DNA of 64,000 bases from an uncultured Prevotellaceae bacterium (GTDB lineage Bacteria; Bacteroidota; Bacteroidia; Bacteroidales; Bacteroidaceae). Location: NCBI GenBank assembly GCA_902769805.1, contig CACXQL010000001.1, positions 7,526-71,525 of the forward strand, read 5' to 3'. Every line of letters starts with the position of its first letter. Position 1 is the stretch's first letter. A program made the translations under genes and the position numbers. Positions 39,708-49,200 of this stretch are shown here, in pieces. The notes under the pieces were generated by a model. That model was not told where the DNA came from. It worked only from the letters and a program-made list of their open reading frames with translations, and did not search any database.

Positions 39708-39802
39708 ATCTCCTATAAAATGGTCGGAACACCGATAAATAAAGGGAAGAAGGCACGGGAGATGTTGCTTGAACATCTCCCGTAGATTACCCATACATCT
39801 CC
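39708..39802. repeat. Left arm of the 95-bp inverted repeat enclosing the VapE-like gene
   Basis: Ungapped manual alignment to the reverse complement of 41240-41334: 75/95 identical. Confidence 0.88.
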
Positions 39803-39816
39803 TACAGATACCCCAT

Positions 39817-41025
39817 TCATGCAGCTTTCAGAGGAATGGTTTTATAATAGGAAATATGACTCCTTACGACATTCTCAAAACCTAATTCTCTCATGGCGAG
39901 ACCAAGATGAACTCTTGTACTCCTGTCATTCTTGACGGCAGGATATTCCCGCTGTATCAGTTTAAGGATATCCCCACAGTTCATATATCTTGCCCCTTCT
40001 CCTTCACTGGGTTTTCTGAGAAGGATGCCGACAATCTCTGCAATATCCTTCTGTTCCATATAGTTGAGGTTCAGCTCCTGAATACGGATAACTTCCTCAT
40101 TATTAAACCAGTAAGGTGTCTTTAGTTCTCTCAGTTCATGAAGCACCTGTGCATAGAGTTGCTCATAATTGATATCACCCGTATTGTCAATATACTGTCC
40201 TTGGGGTATCAACAGACAGATATAACGTCGGCTACCTGTGGCATCCGTCAGGGGATGAGGATTATTGGTCGTAGCAACAAAGGAGGCAAACCTCGGTCTA
40301 TCCTCCTGACTGCATCCGAAAATAGGTCGTCCGTTCACTTTCGACTTCGATAGTGTCTGTTTCAAGGCAGGATGCTGACTGGGGCGTATCGCATCCAACT
40401 CATCGAGGTTGACCAAGAGATTGTTCGTCAATGCCATCTCCTTGTCGAACTTGTTCGAGAGGTTCAGATGGTCAAGGTAGTATTGTCTCAGATGAGGAGG
40501 CAACAGTCTCGTCAAGAAGGTCGTCTTACCACATCCTTGAGAACCTATCAGTGTAGGTACACACTCATTCCCGTGAATGGTATCCATCTGCAGCCAGTGA
40601 GCAACAGCAGAACGGAACCATACAGAAAGGAATCCAAGCTGCTCAGTACTGAGACCTGGTATCCTTCCAAACAATTGCGCCACATGGTTTTGTCCATCCC
40701 ATTGGGGAAGACCGTCCAAATACTCCTGGATAGGATTGAACAAAGGTACCTCTTCGGAGTTGACAAACTCCATCATCTTCGCTTTGGGACTACCCTTCTC
40801 ACAGATATCCTCGCGACGGGCTCGGATGATGATGCTGTTGAGTGCCTGTTGAGTCAGAGGTCTGTAGGCAGACTGACTTTCTCCTGACAAAATTGCGAAC
40901 TCCACCTTTCCACTCAACACGTTACGACGGAAGAGGTAGTTGTCTTGTAGAAACTGCTCGATTTCGAGTGTTGTTTCCTTTGAATCACTGATGGCATTGC
41001 CACTAATAACTAATTTTTCACTCAT
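39817..41025 (-). CDS. VapE (virulence-associated E) family ATPase with DUF3874-like C-terminus
   Basis: FRRNVLSGKVEF, FNPIQEYL..LPQWDG, LIGSQGCGKTTF (Walker A), VNLDELD, SFVATTN, LTDATGSRRY. Confidence 0.88.
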   Translation of the reverse strand: MSEKLVISGNAISDSKETTLEIEQFLQDNYLFRRNVLSGKVEFAILSGESQSAYRPLTQQALNSIIIRARREDICEKGSPKAKMMEFVNSEEVPLFNPIQEYLDGLPQWDGQNHVAQLFGRIPGLSTEQLGFLSVWFRSAVAHWLQMDTIHGNECVPTLIGSQGCGKTTFLTRLLPPHLRQYYLDHLNLSNKFDKEMALTNNLLVNLDELDAIRPSQHPALKQTLSKSKVNGRPIFGCSQEDRPRFASFVATTNNPHPLTDATGSRRYICLLIPQGQYIDNTGDINYEQLYAQVLHELRELKTPYWFNNEEVIRIQELNLNYMEQKDIAEIVGILLRKPSEGEGARYMNCGDILKLIQREYPAVKNDRSTRVHLGLAMRELGFENVVRSHISYYKTIPLKAA

Positions 41026-41114
41026 GTTGTTTAGATTAAATGGTTATTAAAATTGGCTGTTAGCTTTTTGCTTTTAGCTGTTAGCCTGTTTTTCATGTCT
41101 TTTGATTGACGGTG

Positions 41115-41147
41115 CAAAATTACAACACTTAGATACCAACCACCAAA
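41115..41147 (-). promoter_or_regulatory. Sigma-A promoter of the VapE-like gene, inside the inverted repeat
   Basis: TTTG (41147-41144), 21-bp spacer, TAATTTTG (41122-41115). Confidence 0.7.
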
Positions 41148-41239
41148 TTTTAGAGGTCAACTTCTAGTAAAAATATGTTAATTTAGAGATTATTCTTGAA
41201 AGATTTGTGTTAATAAGTATCAATTACCAAAGAATCGTG

Positions 41240-41334
41240 GGAGATGTATGGGAGATGAATAGGAGATGTTTGACTAACATCTCCCATGCTTTCTTCTCTT
41301 TATTCATCAACGTTCCGAGCAGTTTACAGGAGAT
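41240..41334. repeat. Right arm of the 95-bp inverted repeat enclosing the VapE-like gene
   Basis: Pairs with 39708-39802; multiple GGAGATG motifs. Confidence 0.88.
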
Positions 41335-41533
41335 GTTGACCTGTTTTGGATAAATTCTATAAATATACAAAACTGAATATTCATTTATCACGTTTTGTAT
41401 ATTTATTCTTCGAGAACAAAGGAATGCCTTCTATCGGTTGTTCCAATGCCTGTTATACCCCCACTCCAATGCCTGAAACAAGGTGAAGGAGGCTTTCCTT
41501 TACCCCCTAAACAGGCATTAGAACAAGTGATAG

Positions 41534-41559
41534 AAAGCCCTCCAACGTTGGAGGGCTTT
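41534..41559 (-). terminator. Hairpin after wzz, probable intrinsic terminator
   Basis: Perfect palindrome AAAGCCCTCCAA-CG-TTGGAGGGCTTT about 25 bp past the wzz stop. Confidence 0.65.
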
Positions 41560-41583
41560 TTATTTAGCGGTTAGCGTTAAGTT

Positions 41584-42672
41584 TTATAGACCAAGGAGGG
41601 GCTTCAACTGTCCTTCTTTGTGCAGCACACGTGCTGTAGTGCCGAGGAAAGCGAGGAAGAGGAAGATGAGTACTATCTTTGCTCTTGCAGGACCAGCCTT
41701 TTTCACTGGTACTGTGGCACTCTGCAATGTCGTGAAAGAAGGAGTTTCCTCCTGTACCTTCGCCTCTGCTGCCGTCAACTGGTTGGCAACCGTCGTATAG
41801 GCATTGTACTTCAACTGCATGTCGTTCTCCAAATCAATCAACTTCGTTCTGGCACTCTGCAGTATCATGTCCTGATTGGCATCCGCAAAGCTGGCATAGA
41901 GACGACGGGCTTTGTCATAGCGTTCTTTCGCCTCCTTATACAGTTTACGATTATATTCCAAATCAATCTTAGCCTTCTTTGTCCGGTATTCTGTAATGAA
42001 GTCCTGCAAGCGCACCTTCACCGAGTCCGCGATAGTCGCTGCTATCAACGGATCCTGATCGGTAACTGAAATCGTAATAGCCATTGTTTTCTGATCGACA
42101 TCACAGACTACCTTCTTATCTATCAGCTCAACAATATCTGTCTGCTGCTTCGTCAACATGAAAGGATTGACCTTGTGCTGGTCTATAGAGTCTCTTTCTA
42201 TCGGCAGCAAGCTAACCAGGAATCTTATACTACCTCCGATAGCCGCAGACCACCATGGTTTCTTTTGCTCATTTACCAGATAGTCATAATAAGACATCAT
42301 AGGAACAGAGTCTATCTTATGAACGGGGATATTGAAGAGACTCGCCTTGAAGTCAACTGAGTTCATCAGGTCTGGATAGAGTGTCGGGAACAACGCCTCA
42401 TTACCCACCGCTCCTGTTCCTAACTTCATACCGAAGGAAGCAGCAAGAGAAGACAGAGAGTTTCTGCTACCACTGGACGACAGTTCCGGTGCCAGCATGA
42501 CCTCACACTTATAATAATTAGGGATGGACAACATCAAGATACACCCGACCACGAATGTAATAGCCAGCACCTTCTTATACAGGCGCTTATGCTTCCTCAT
42601 CGCACCGAATATCGCACCAAAGTCAATACTGCTCTCCTCTTGTTCTACACTGATAATCTTATTTTCTTCCAT
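41584..42672 (-). CDS. wzz: Chain-length determinant / polysaccharide co-polymerase
   Basis: Two TM helices flanking a coiled-coil domain; LYPDLMNS, QDPLIAA, ATVPVKKAGP. Confidence 0.88.
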   Translation of the reverse strand: MEENKIISVEQEESSIDFGAIFGAMRKHKRLYKKVLAITFVVGCILMLSIPNYYKCEVMLAPELSSSGSRNSLSSLAASFGMKLGTGAVGNEALFPTLYPDLMNSVDFKASLFNIPVHKIDSVPMMSYYDYLVNEQKKPWWSAAIGGSIRFLVSLLPIERDSIDQHKVNPFMLTKQQTDIVELIDKKVVCDVDQKTMAITISVTDQDPLIAATIADSVKVRLQDFITEYRTKKAKIDLEYNRKLYKEAKERYDKARRLYASFADANQDMILQSARTKLIDLENDMQLKYNAYTTVANQLTAAEAKVQEETPSFTTLQSATVPVKKAGPARAKIVLIFLFLAFLGTTARVLHKEGQLKPLLGL

Positions 42673-42686
42673 ATTTTTTTATTTTT

Positions 42687-42825
42687 GTCAAAGGTCAAAG
42701 GTCGAAGGTCAAAGGATTCCCGAGCAGAGCTCGCCTACCCGTAGCCTTTCAAAGGTCGACCTTAGTTCTTAGTCTTTAGTCCTTAGTCCTTTGACCTTAG
42801 TCCTTTGACCTTAGACCTTTGACCT
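42687..42825. repeat. Composite element: AAGGTCR arm, conserved ~50-bp core, inverted TAGTCCT/TGACCTT arm
   Basis: Core aaggattcccgag...ctcgcctacccgtagcctttcaaa.gtcg.ccttag is shared with 45458-45509. Confidence 0.88.
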
Positions 42826-42829
42826 TATA

Positions 42830-45283
42830 TTAGAATTGCTTTATCAAGATAACAACCATGGCTGCCATGCTGAAGACGGACTGAGCAATGGATACCCATC
42901 TGGATGTTATTTCAGGATCAGCCTTCGGCTTCGTGGGCACAACAATCTCACAGCCTGCCTCTATCTTCGTGCCACGACCTACCTTCGCCATCGTACCATT
43001 CGGATAGATGACCCAGGTCTTGCTCTTCTTAGCACGGTTGCCAAAGCCACCTGCCTGATTGATATACCACTTATAATTCTTACCCTCCCGATAGGATACT
43101 GTATTCGGATACATCACATTACCAGATATCTTCACCGTTGCATTGTATTCCGGTACAATGATGCGATCACCCTCACGCAAGACAATATCGTATTCTCCAC
43201 CAGGATTTGCCAACGCCTTATCGAGATAGATACCAACCGTATAGGTGTTATCCAAATCCAACTGATTCATATATATGGTATCACCATCTTCTACCTGCGT
43301 CTTTAACTGTTTTAACAGGAAACTACGACGAGCACGCTCATCATCATTCAAACGGCGATCCAAACGGGCACCTTTGACATAAGCATCAGTAGTGACGCCG
43401 CCTGCCATCTTGATGGCATCAGTCAGTCGCATATTCTTATTAGGTAGCGTATGGGTACCCTCATACAGCACCTCACCCTCAACGGTGATGTTACGCGGAG
43501 TCTTGAAACCTGGACTTCTGCGGACATGTACCACATCATAAGGCTCCAAAACAAAACCCTGAACACCATCTACCACAAAACCATCCTTCAAAGAGAAACT
43601 GAAGGTTTTAGCAATCTCTCTGGAAGATGTCGTTGACTTCGGATCCCTGATACGACGAGAGACATCGACCTTTGCTGTCGAGGCAGCATCGGTCAAGCCA
43701 CCTGCTTGCAGAACCAGATCTTCGAGCGTCGTATTATCAGCATACTGATAAGTACCTGGCGACATCACCTCGCCTGAAATGGTCAGTGTACGCTGCTGTC
43801 GTAAATCGGCATCAGTAGGTATGAACAGTACATCCTCGTTAATCAATGGGATATCAGGAGACGTACCGGCAAGGATGCCCTTGACATCCACAGGTATCAC
43901 CTCCAGACTGCGGTCTTCCTTCAGACGGTGTAAGATTCCACGGTTGGTCATCGCATCCTCAGTGACACCCTCAGCAGCCTGCAACAAGGAACGGACACTC
44001 GTCACCTCCTTGCCCAACTGGTACTGACCGGGACGGAACACTGCACCTTTCACCTCTACCATATTCTCGTAGCGGTCGAGCATACCATCCACAACGACGG
44101 CATCCCCGTCCTCCACATGGAAGGAACTCATCTCAAACTCATCGACATTAAACACCGAATAACGCTCACCTGTCTGACGCGTCAAACGGACAGACTTCTT
44201 ATAGGCATCACCCATGAAGCCTCCAGCAAAATTCAACAGCGTTGCCACCGTCTCATTCTTACGCATCTCGTAGAACATCGAACGCTTCACATTACCCGTG
44301 ATACCCACCAGACACTCATAAGGACCTACCTGGATAACGTCTCCTTCCTGTAAAGGAATATTTCCAGCCAGACGACCATTGAGGATATACTCATAGACAT
44401 CGACGACCGTCACCAGATTACCATTACGGAATACCTTGATGTTACGGAGTGTTCCCAAAGAGGTGACACCACCTGCCATATACAAGGCATGGAAGACAGT
44501 AGAGAAAGCACTCAGATGGTAGGTACCGGGAGTACTTACCTCACCCATGACATTCACCATGATGGTACGAGTACGTCCAACAGACACCTTGACATTACTA
44601 CTGCTATAACGGGAACCTACCGTCGAACGGATCTTCGAGTTAGCGGCAGCCACCGTCATACCACTGACATAGATAGGTCCATAGCCTGGAACGGTCACCT
44701 CACCATCGGGCGAGATGGTCAGCTGCATACTTTTCTGAGATGCACCATAAATATCCACTATCAGCTGGTCGCCAGGACCCAAGACATAATTCTGGGGCGT
44801 GGCGATATTCATATTCGGCTCAAAACTTAGATTACGGCGGTTGAAGATGTCATGACCAAAGATTTTCTTACCTGTGGCCTCAGTGACATTACTCGTTGCC
44901 TGGATGTCATGCTCGACTTCCGAGATATCCTCACTGGCATCAGCATAAATCTCACCCGTCGTACCCACCTTTGCCGTGTTCAACTCCTGATTGGTGACGC
45001 CATCGGTATTCTGACGCAGACGCTCACTAACCTGATTACTTGTTCCAGAAACATTTGCATCAACACCACTCTCCGTGATACGTGCATCCGCCTGATTACG
45101 GATACGACGAATCTGGTCGATGGGTACGCCACGCTGCACCAACCTCGTCACAATCTGCGCCTGGCTGGCACCAGCCTTCATTTCACGTCTTACAAAATCA
45201 GCCACCTGCTGGTCTGTCATACCCTGCGCCATCACGCTCAGAGCAGAGACAACCATCATAGCGAAAAAAAGAACTCTTTTCAT
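42830..45283 (-). CDS. wza: Polysaccharide export protein with multiple SLBB domains (Wza/KpsD-like)
   Basis: Signal peptide, YVLGPGD, repeated V-x-GEV-x-x-PG and AGG SLBB units. Confidence 0.9.
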   Translation of the reverse strand: MKRVLFFAMMVVSALSVMAQGMTDQQVADFVRREMKAGASQAQIVTRLVQRGVPIDQIRRIRNQADARITESGVDANVSGTSNQVSERLRQNTDGVTNQELNTAKVGTTGEIYADASEDISEVEHDIQATSNVTEATGKKIFGHDIFNRRNLSFEPNMNIATPQNYVLGPGDQLIVDIYGASQKSMQLTISPDGEVTVPGYGPIYVSGMTVAAANSKIRSTVGSRYSSSNVKVSVGRTRTIMVNVMGEVSTPGTYHLSAFSTVFHALYMAGGVTSLGTLRNIKVFRNGNLVTVVDVYEYILNGRLAGNIPLQEGDVIQVGPYECLVGITGNVKRSMFYEMRKNETVATLLNFAGGFMGDAYKKSVRLTRQTGERYSVFNVDEFEMSSFHVEDGDAVVVDGMLDRYENMVEVKGAVFRPGQYQLGKEVTSVRSLLQAAEGVTEDAMTNRGILHRLKEDRSLEVIPVDVKGILAGTSPDIPLINEDVLFIPTDADLRQQRTLTISGEVMSPGTYQYADNTTLEDLVLQAGGLTDAASTAKVDVSRRIRDPKSTTSSREIAKTFSFSLKDGFVVDGVQGFVLEPYDVVHVRRSPGFKTPRNITVEGEVLYEGTHTLPNKNMRLTDAIKMAGGVTTDAYVKGARLDRRLNDDERARRSFLLKQLKTQVEDGDTIYMNQLDLDNTYTVGIYLDKALANPGGEYDIVLREGDRIIVPEYNATVKISGNVMYPNTVSYREGKNYKWYINQAGGFGNRAKKSKTWVIYPNGTMAKVGRGTKIEAGCEIVVPTKPKADPEITSRWVSIAQSVFSMAAMVVILIKQF

Positions 45284-45310
45284 ATATATCTTTATTTTTT
45301 TTATTTGTCG

Positions 45311-45623
45311 AAAGTCAAAGGTCGAAGGTCAAAGGTCAAAGGTCGAAGGTCAAAGGTCAAAGGTCAAAGGTCGAAGGTCAAAGGTCAAAGGTCGAAGGTC
45401 GAAGGTCAAAGGTCAAAGGTCGAAGGTCGAAAGTCAAAGGTCAAAGGTCAAAAGTCAAAGGATTCCCGAGTAACTCGCCTACCCGTAGCCTTTCAAAAGT
45501 CGTCCTTAGCCCTTAGTCTTTAGTCCTTAGTCCTTAGACCTTAGTCCTTAGTCCTTAGTCCTCAGTCCTTAGACCTTAGACCTTAGTCCTCAGTCCTTAG
45601 TCCTTAGACCTTAGTCCTTAGAC
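45311..45623. repeat. Large composite element: ~21 AAGGTCR units, core, ~16 TAGTCCT/TAGACCT units
   Basis: Read directly; fills almost the whole upxY-wza spacer. Confidence 0.92.
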
Positions 45624-46151
45624 CTATACCGGCTTGCAATACCACCTCGAGATGCGGAGCATGACGCTGATGCCTCCTACGGTCTTGATGAACCAGTATT
45701 TCTGGTTGCTCTTATGGAGCTTTCCTCGAATACCGGCAAACTGACCATGAACAACCTCCACCTCAGTACCCGGTTTCAACTCCGCCTCTGCCGCATCCAT
45801 GAACTCCACCGGTGTCTTCACGTAGTCGGGGTCACAGAGCAGACGGAAGTCTGTCATCTCACGGTCGGAAATCTCACTGATACGGTCGTCACCCTTGTTC
45901 TTCATCAACTGAAGGGGCATCGGATACCTCGTCAGCACTTTCCGTAAGTCGTCCTCCTGCATGGTCTTCTGCAGAAAGACGTAGCCGTGAACCACGGGAA
46001 CCAGTACCCTGCGAGGCTTTGGCTCATTGTGCACCACCTTCTCTTTGTATGTCATAGGTATGAAATAAGTGAGTCCATTTTCCTTCAGGAAAGACCCCAC
46101 ATCCATCTCCCTACGATTGAAGGTTCGTATCACGAGCCAACTGTTTTCCAT
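45624..46151 (-). CDS. upxY: UpxY family transcription antiterminator (NusG paralog)
   Basis: WLVIRT..RE, FIPM, VPVVHGYVF, C-terminal KOW motif VEVVHGQFAGIRG; start at MENSW. Confidence 0.9.
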   Translation of the reverse strand: MENSWLVIRTFNRREMDVGSFLKENGLTYFIPMTYKEKVVHNEPKPRRVLVPVVHGYVFLQKTMQEDDLRKVLTRYPMPLQLMKNKGDDRISEISDREMTDFRLLCDPDYVKTPVEFMDAAEAELKPGTEVEVVHGQFAGIRGKLHKSNQKYWFIKTVGGISVMLRISRWYCKPV

Positions 46152-46172
46152 CGTGGTATTCTTTTTCGAGTG

Positions 46173-46180
46173 CAAAGGTA
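46173..46180 (-). promoter_or_regulatory. -7 promoter box for upxY
   Basis: TACCTTTG(CAC) about 20 bp before the ATG, preceded by a TTTTCAA heptamer array. Confidence 0.6.
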
Positions 46181-46247
46181 ATAAATAAAATTGAAAATTG
46201 AAAGTTGAAAATTGAAAATTGTTTGTAAAAAGCAATAAATTTTTAAT

Positions 46248-49200
46248 TTATTCCCATTTTATTGACTGGAGGAGGGAGAGGGCGGACTCGACGGAGGGGA
46301 TATCGGAGAGGAGGAGGGAGCGCTTGTTATGGAGGTCACGGAACTGGCAGCGACGAGGATTCTGGGCGACAAAAGAGAGGATGGCATCAAAGGCAGGACT
46401 CTGATAGAAAGGACTGTCGGGATTGGAGACGAAGAACAGTGTCATACGTCCCTGTTTCAGCATAATCTTCTCACAACCAAGCTGTTGTCCGAGACGACGC
46501 AAAGGCACGACACGCATCAGTTCCTCCCCCACCTGAGGCACAGGACCAAAGCGGTCAATCAATCGCGAACGATACGCTGCCAACTGCTCGTCCGTATGCA
46601 GGTTATCCAGTTCCCGATACAACAGCATCCGCTCACTATCCGACGGCACATACTGGTCAGGGAAATAGAGGGCAAGGTCGGTGTCTACGGAGGCCTCGGA
46701 GACGAATTGCTCGGAGTACTCAGAGTTCTCAGAGTACTCCGAGAACTCGGAAGCAATCTCCTTTACTGCCTCATTCAGAATCTTCTGGTACGTCTCGTAA
46801 CCGAGGTCGGCGATGAAGCCAGACTGTTCGGCACCTAAGAGATTACCGGCTCCACGGATATCCAAGTCCTGCATGGCAATCTGGATGCCACTGCCGAGGT
46901 CACTGAAGTTCTCCAACGCCTCCAGGCGGCGGCGACTCTCCTGGGGGAGGTCGGCCAAAGGAGGAGCCAGGAGATAACAGAACGCCTTACGGTTGCTGCG
47001 CCCTACCCTACCTCGCATCTGGTGCAGGTCAGAGAGTCCGAAATGATGGGCTCCATTGATAATGATAGTATTGGCATTCGGGATATCGATACCGTTCTCG
47101 ATAATGGTTGTGGAGAGCAGCACGTCATAATCGTAATTAATGAAGTCATAGACCACCTGTTCCAGTTCGTCGGGCTTCATCTGTCCATGACCGATGGCGA
47201 TACGAGCTTCCGGCACATAGCGGTGTATCATGTCAGCGATACGTCGCAGGTCGTTGATACGGGGATTGACAAAGAACACCTGTCCGTTGCGTGACAACTC
47301 GAAATTGATAGCATCAGCGATGATCTCAGGTCCAAAAGTATGTATCTCTGTATGAATAGGATAGCGGTTGGGGGGAGGTGTCTGGATGATACTCAGGTCA
47401 CGGGCTCCCAAGAGAGAGAACTGAAGGGTACGGGGAATCGGTGTGGCTGTCAGAGTCAGTGTATCGACACTGGTCTTCATCTGGCGCAGCTTCTCCTTGG
47501 TGGACACTCCGAATTTCTGTTCTTCATCGATGATCAGGAGTCCGAGGTCCTTAAACTTTACTGTTTTACCGATGAGTCTATGAGTACCGATGATGATATC
47601 AATCTTACCGTCGGCAAGATCCTGTAGGAGTTCCTTGGTCTGCTTGGCAGAACGGGCTCGTGTGAGGTAGTCCACCCTCACGGGGAAGTTCTTCAGGCGC
47701 TCCTTGAAAGTCTGGTAGTGCTGGTAGGCAAGAACGGTAGTAGGTACCAATACCGCCACCTGCTTGGAGTCACATGCCGCCTTAAAGGCTGCACGGACAG
47801 CCACCTCCGTCTTTCCGAAGCCTACATCCCCACAGACCAGGCGATCCATCGGTCGCGCCTGTTCCATGTCTGCCTTCACCTCATTCGTCGCCTTCAACTG
47901 GTCGGGAGTGTCCTCATAGAGGAACGATGCCTCTAATTCATGTTGCATGAAACTGTCGGCACTAAATGCAAAGCCTTTCTCTTTCCGTCTTGCCGCATAG
48001 AGCTTGATGAGGTCACGGGCAATATCCTTGATCTTCGACTTGGTACGCTCCTTCATGCGTTCCCACTGACCTGTTCCCAACTGGGAGAGGCGTGGGGGTT
48101 CCCCATTATCCTGTGCCTTGTATTTGCTGACCTTATAGAGTGAATGAATAGATACGTAGATGGCTCCACCACCCTGGTAGATGATTTTGATCATTTCCTG
48201 ATAACTCGGAGAACTCTGAGTATTCGGAGAACTCTGAGAACTCTGAGAACTCTGAGTGATCGGCATCCTGACCAATCCGCCGAATTTTCCGATGCCATGA
48301 TCGACATGCACGACATAGTCACCGACTTCAAACTGACGAATCTCCTTCAGCGTCAGTGCCACCTTACCACTTCGTGCCTTGTCAGAGCGCAGTGTATATT
48401 TATGGAAGCGGTCGAAGATCTCATGGTCGGTGAAGACGCAGAGCTGCAGGTCATGGTCGACGAAACCGGCATGGAGGGCGGTGGTTATGTAGTTGATAGT
48501 TGATAGTTGATAGTTTAAAGTTGAGTTCTCGGAGTGCTCGGAGTGCTCGGAGTGCTCGGAGTTCTCAGAGTTCTCGGAGTTCTCAGAGAGAATCTCCTCC
48601 AACCGCTGCAACTGTTTCTTGCTATCGGCAAGAACATAGAGATGATAACCCTTCGACTGGAAGTCGGAAAAGGACTCACGGAGCAGGTCGAAGTTCTTAT
48701 GAAACAAGGGCTGCAGGGTGGTATGGAATGTCAGGGTGGCATCAGGCTTCTCCATCGGACGATGCCCGAACTCTATCTTCTTGTAAGAGGCGATAGCCTC
48801 CATGAACTGGTTACCGTCTATCAAGGGAACAGTATCACCTGTCTCCTGATAAGTACGGTCTATGGCATCATGGACATACTGGAGGTCTTTGGCAACGACT
48901 AACGTCCCTTCGGGGAGGTAATTGAAAATTGAAAATTGAAAATTGAAAATTGAAAATTGGCCTTCGTCCTTTGACCTTTGACCTTCGTCCTTTGTCCTTT
49001 GACCTTCGTCCTTTGTCCTTTGTCCTTTGACCTTCGACCTTTGACCTTCGTCCTTTGACAACTCCGGGACGATGCTGATCTGGGATTTGCGGTCACGGGA
49101 GAGTTGGTCTTCGACCTCAAAGGTACGGATGGAGTCGATATCGTCACCGAAGAAGTCGATGCGGAAAGGATACTCACTACTGAAACTATAGACGTCGAGG

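Noticed and set aside
25025-41334. Intact prophage, ICE or IS in the accessory region
   Set aside because: No integrase, transposase, relaxase or virion genes were recognised.
44852-45523. ORFs encoding QRSKVKG-type repeats (also 35949..36167, 36420..36674, 45120..45473, 48899..49267, 49751..50035)
   Set aside because: They arise from stop-free heptamer arrays in alternate frames or antisense to real genes.
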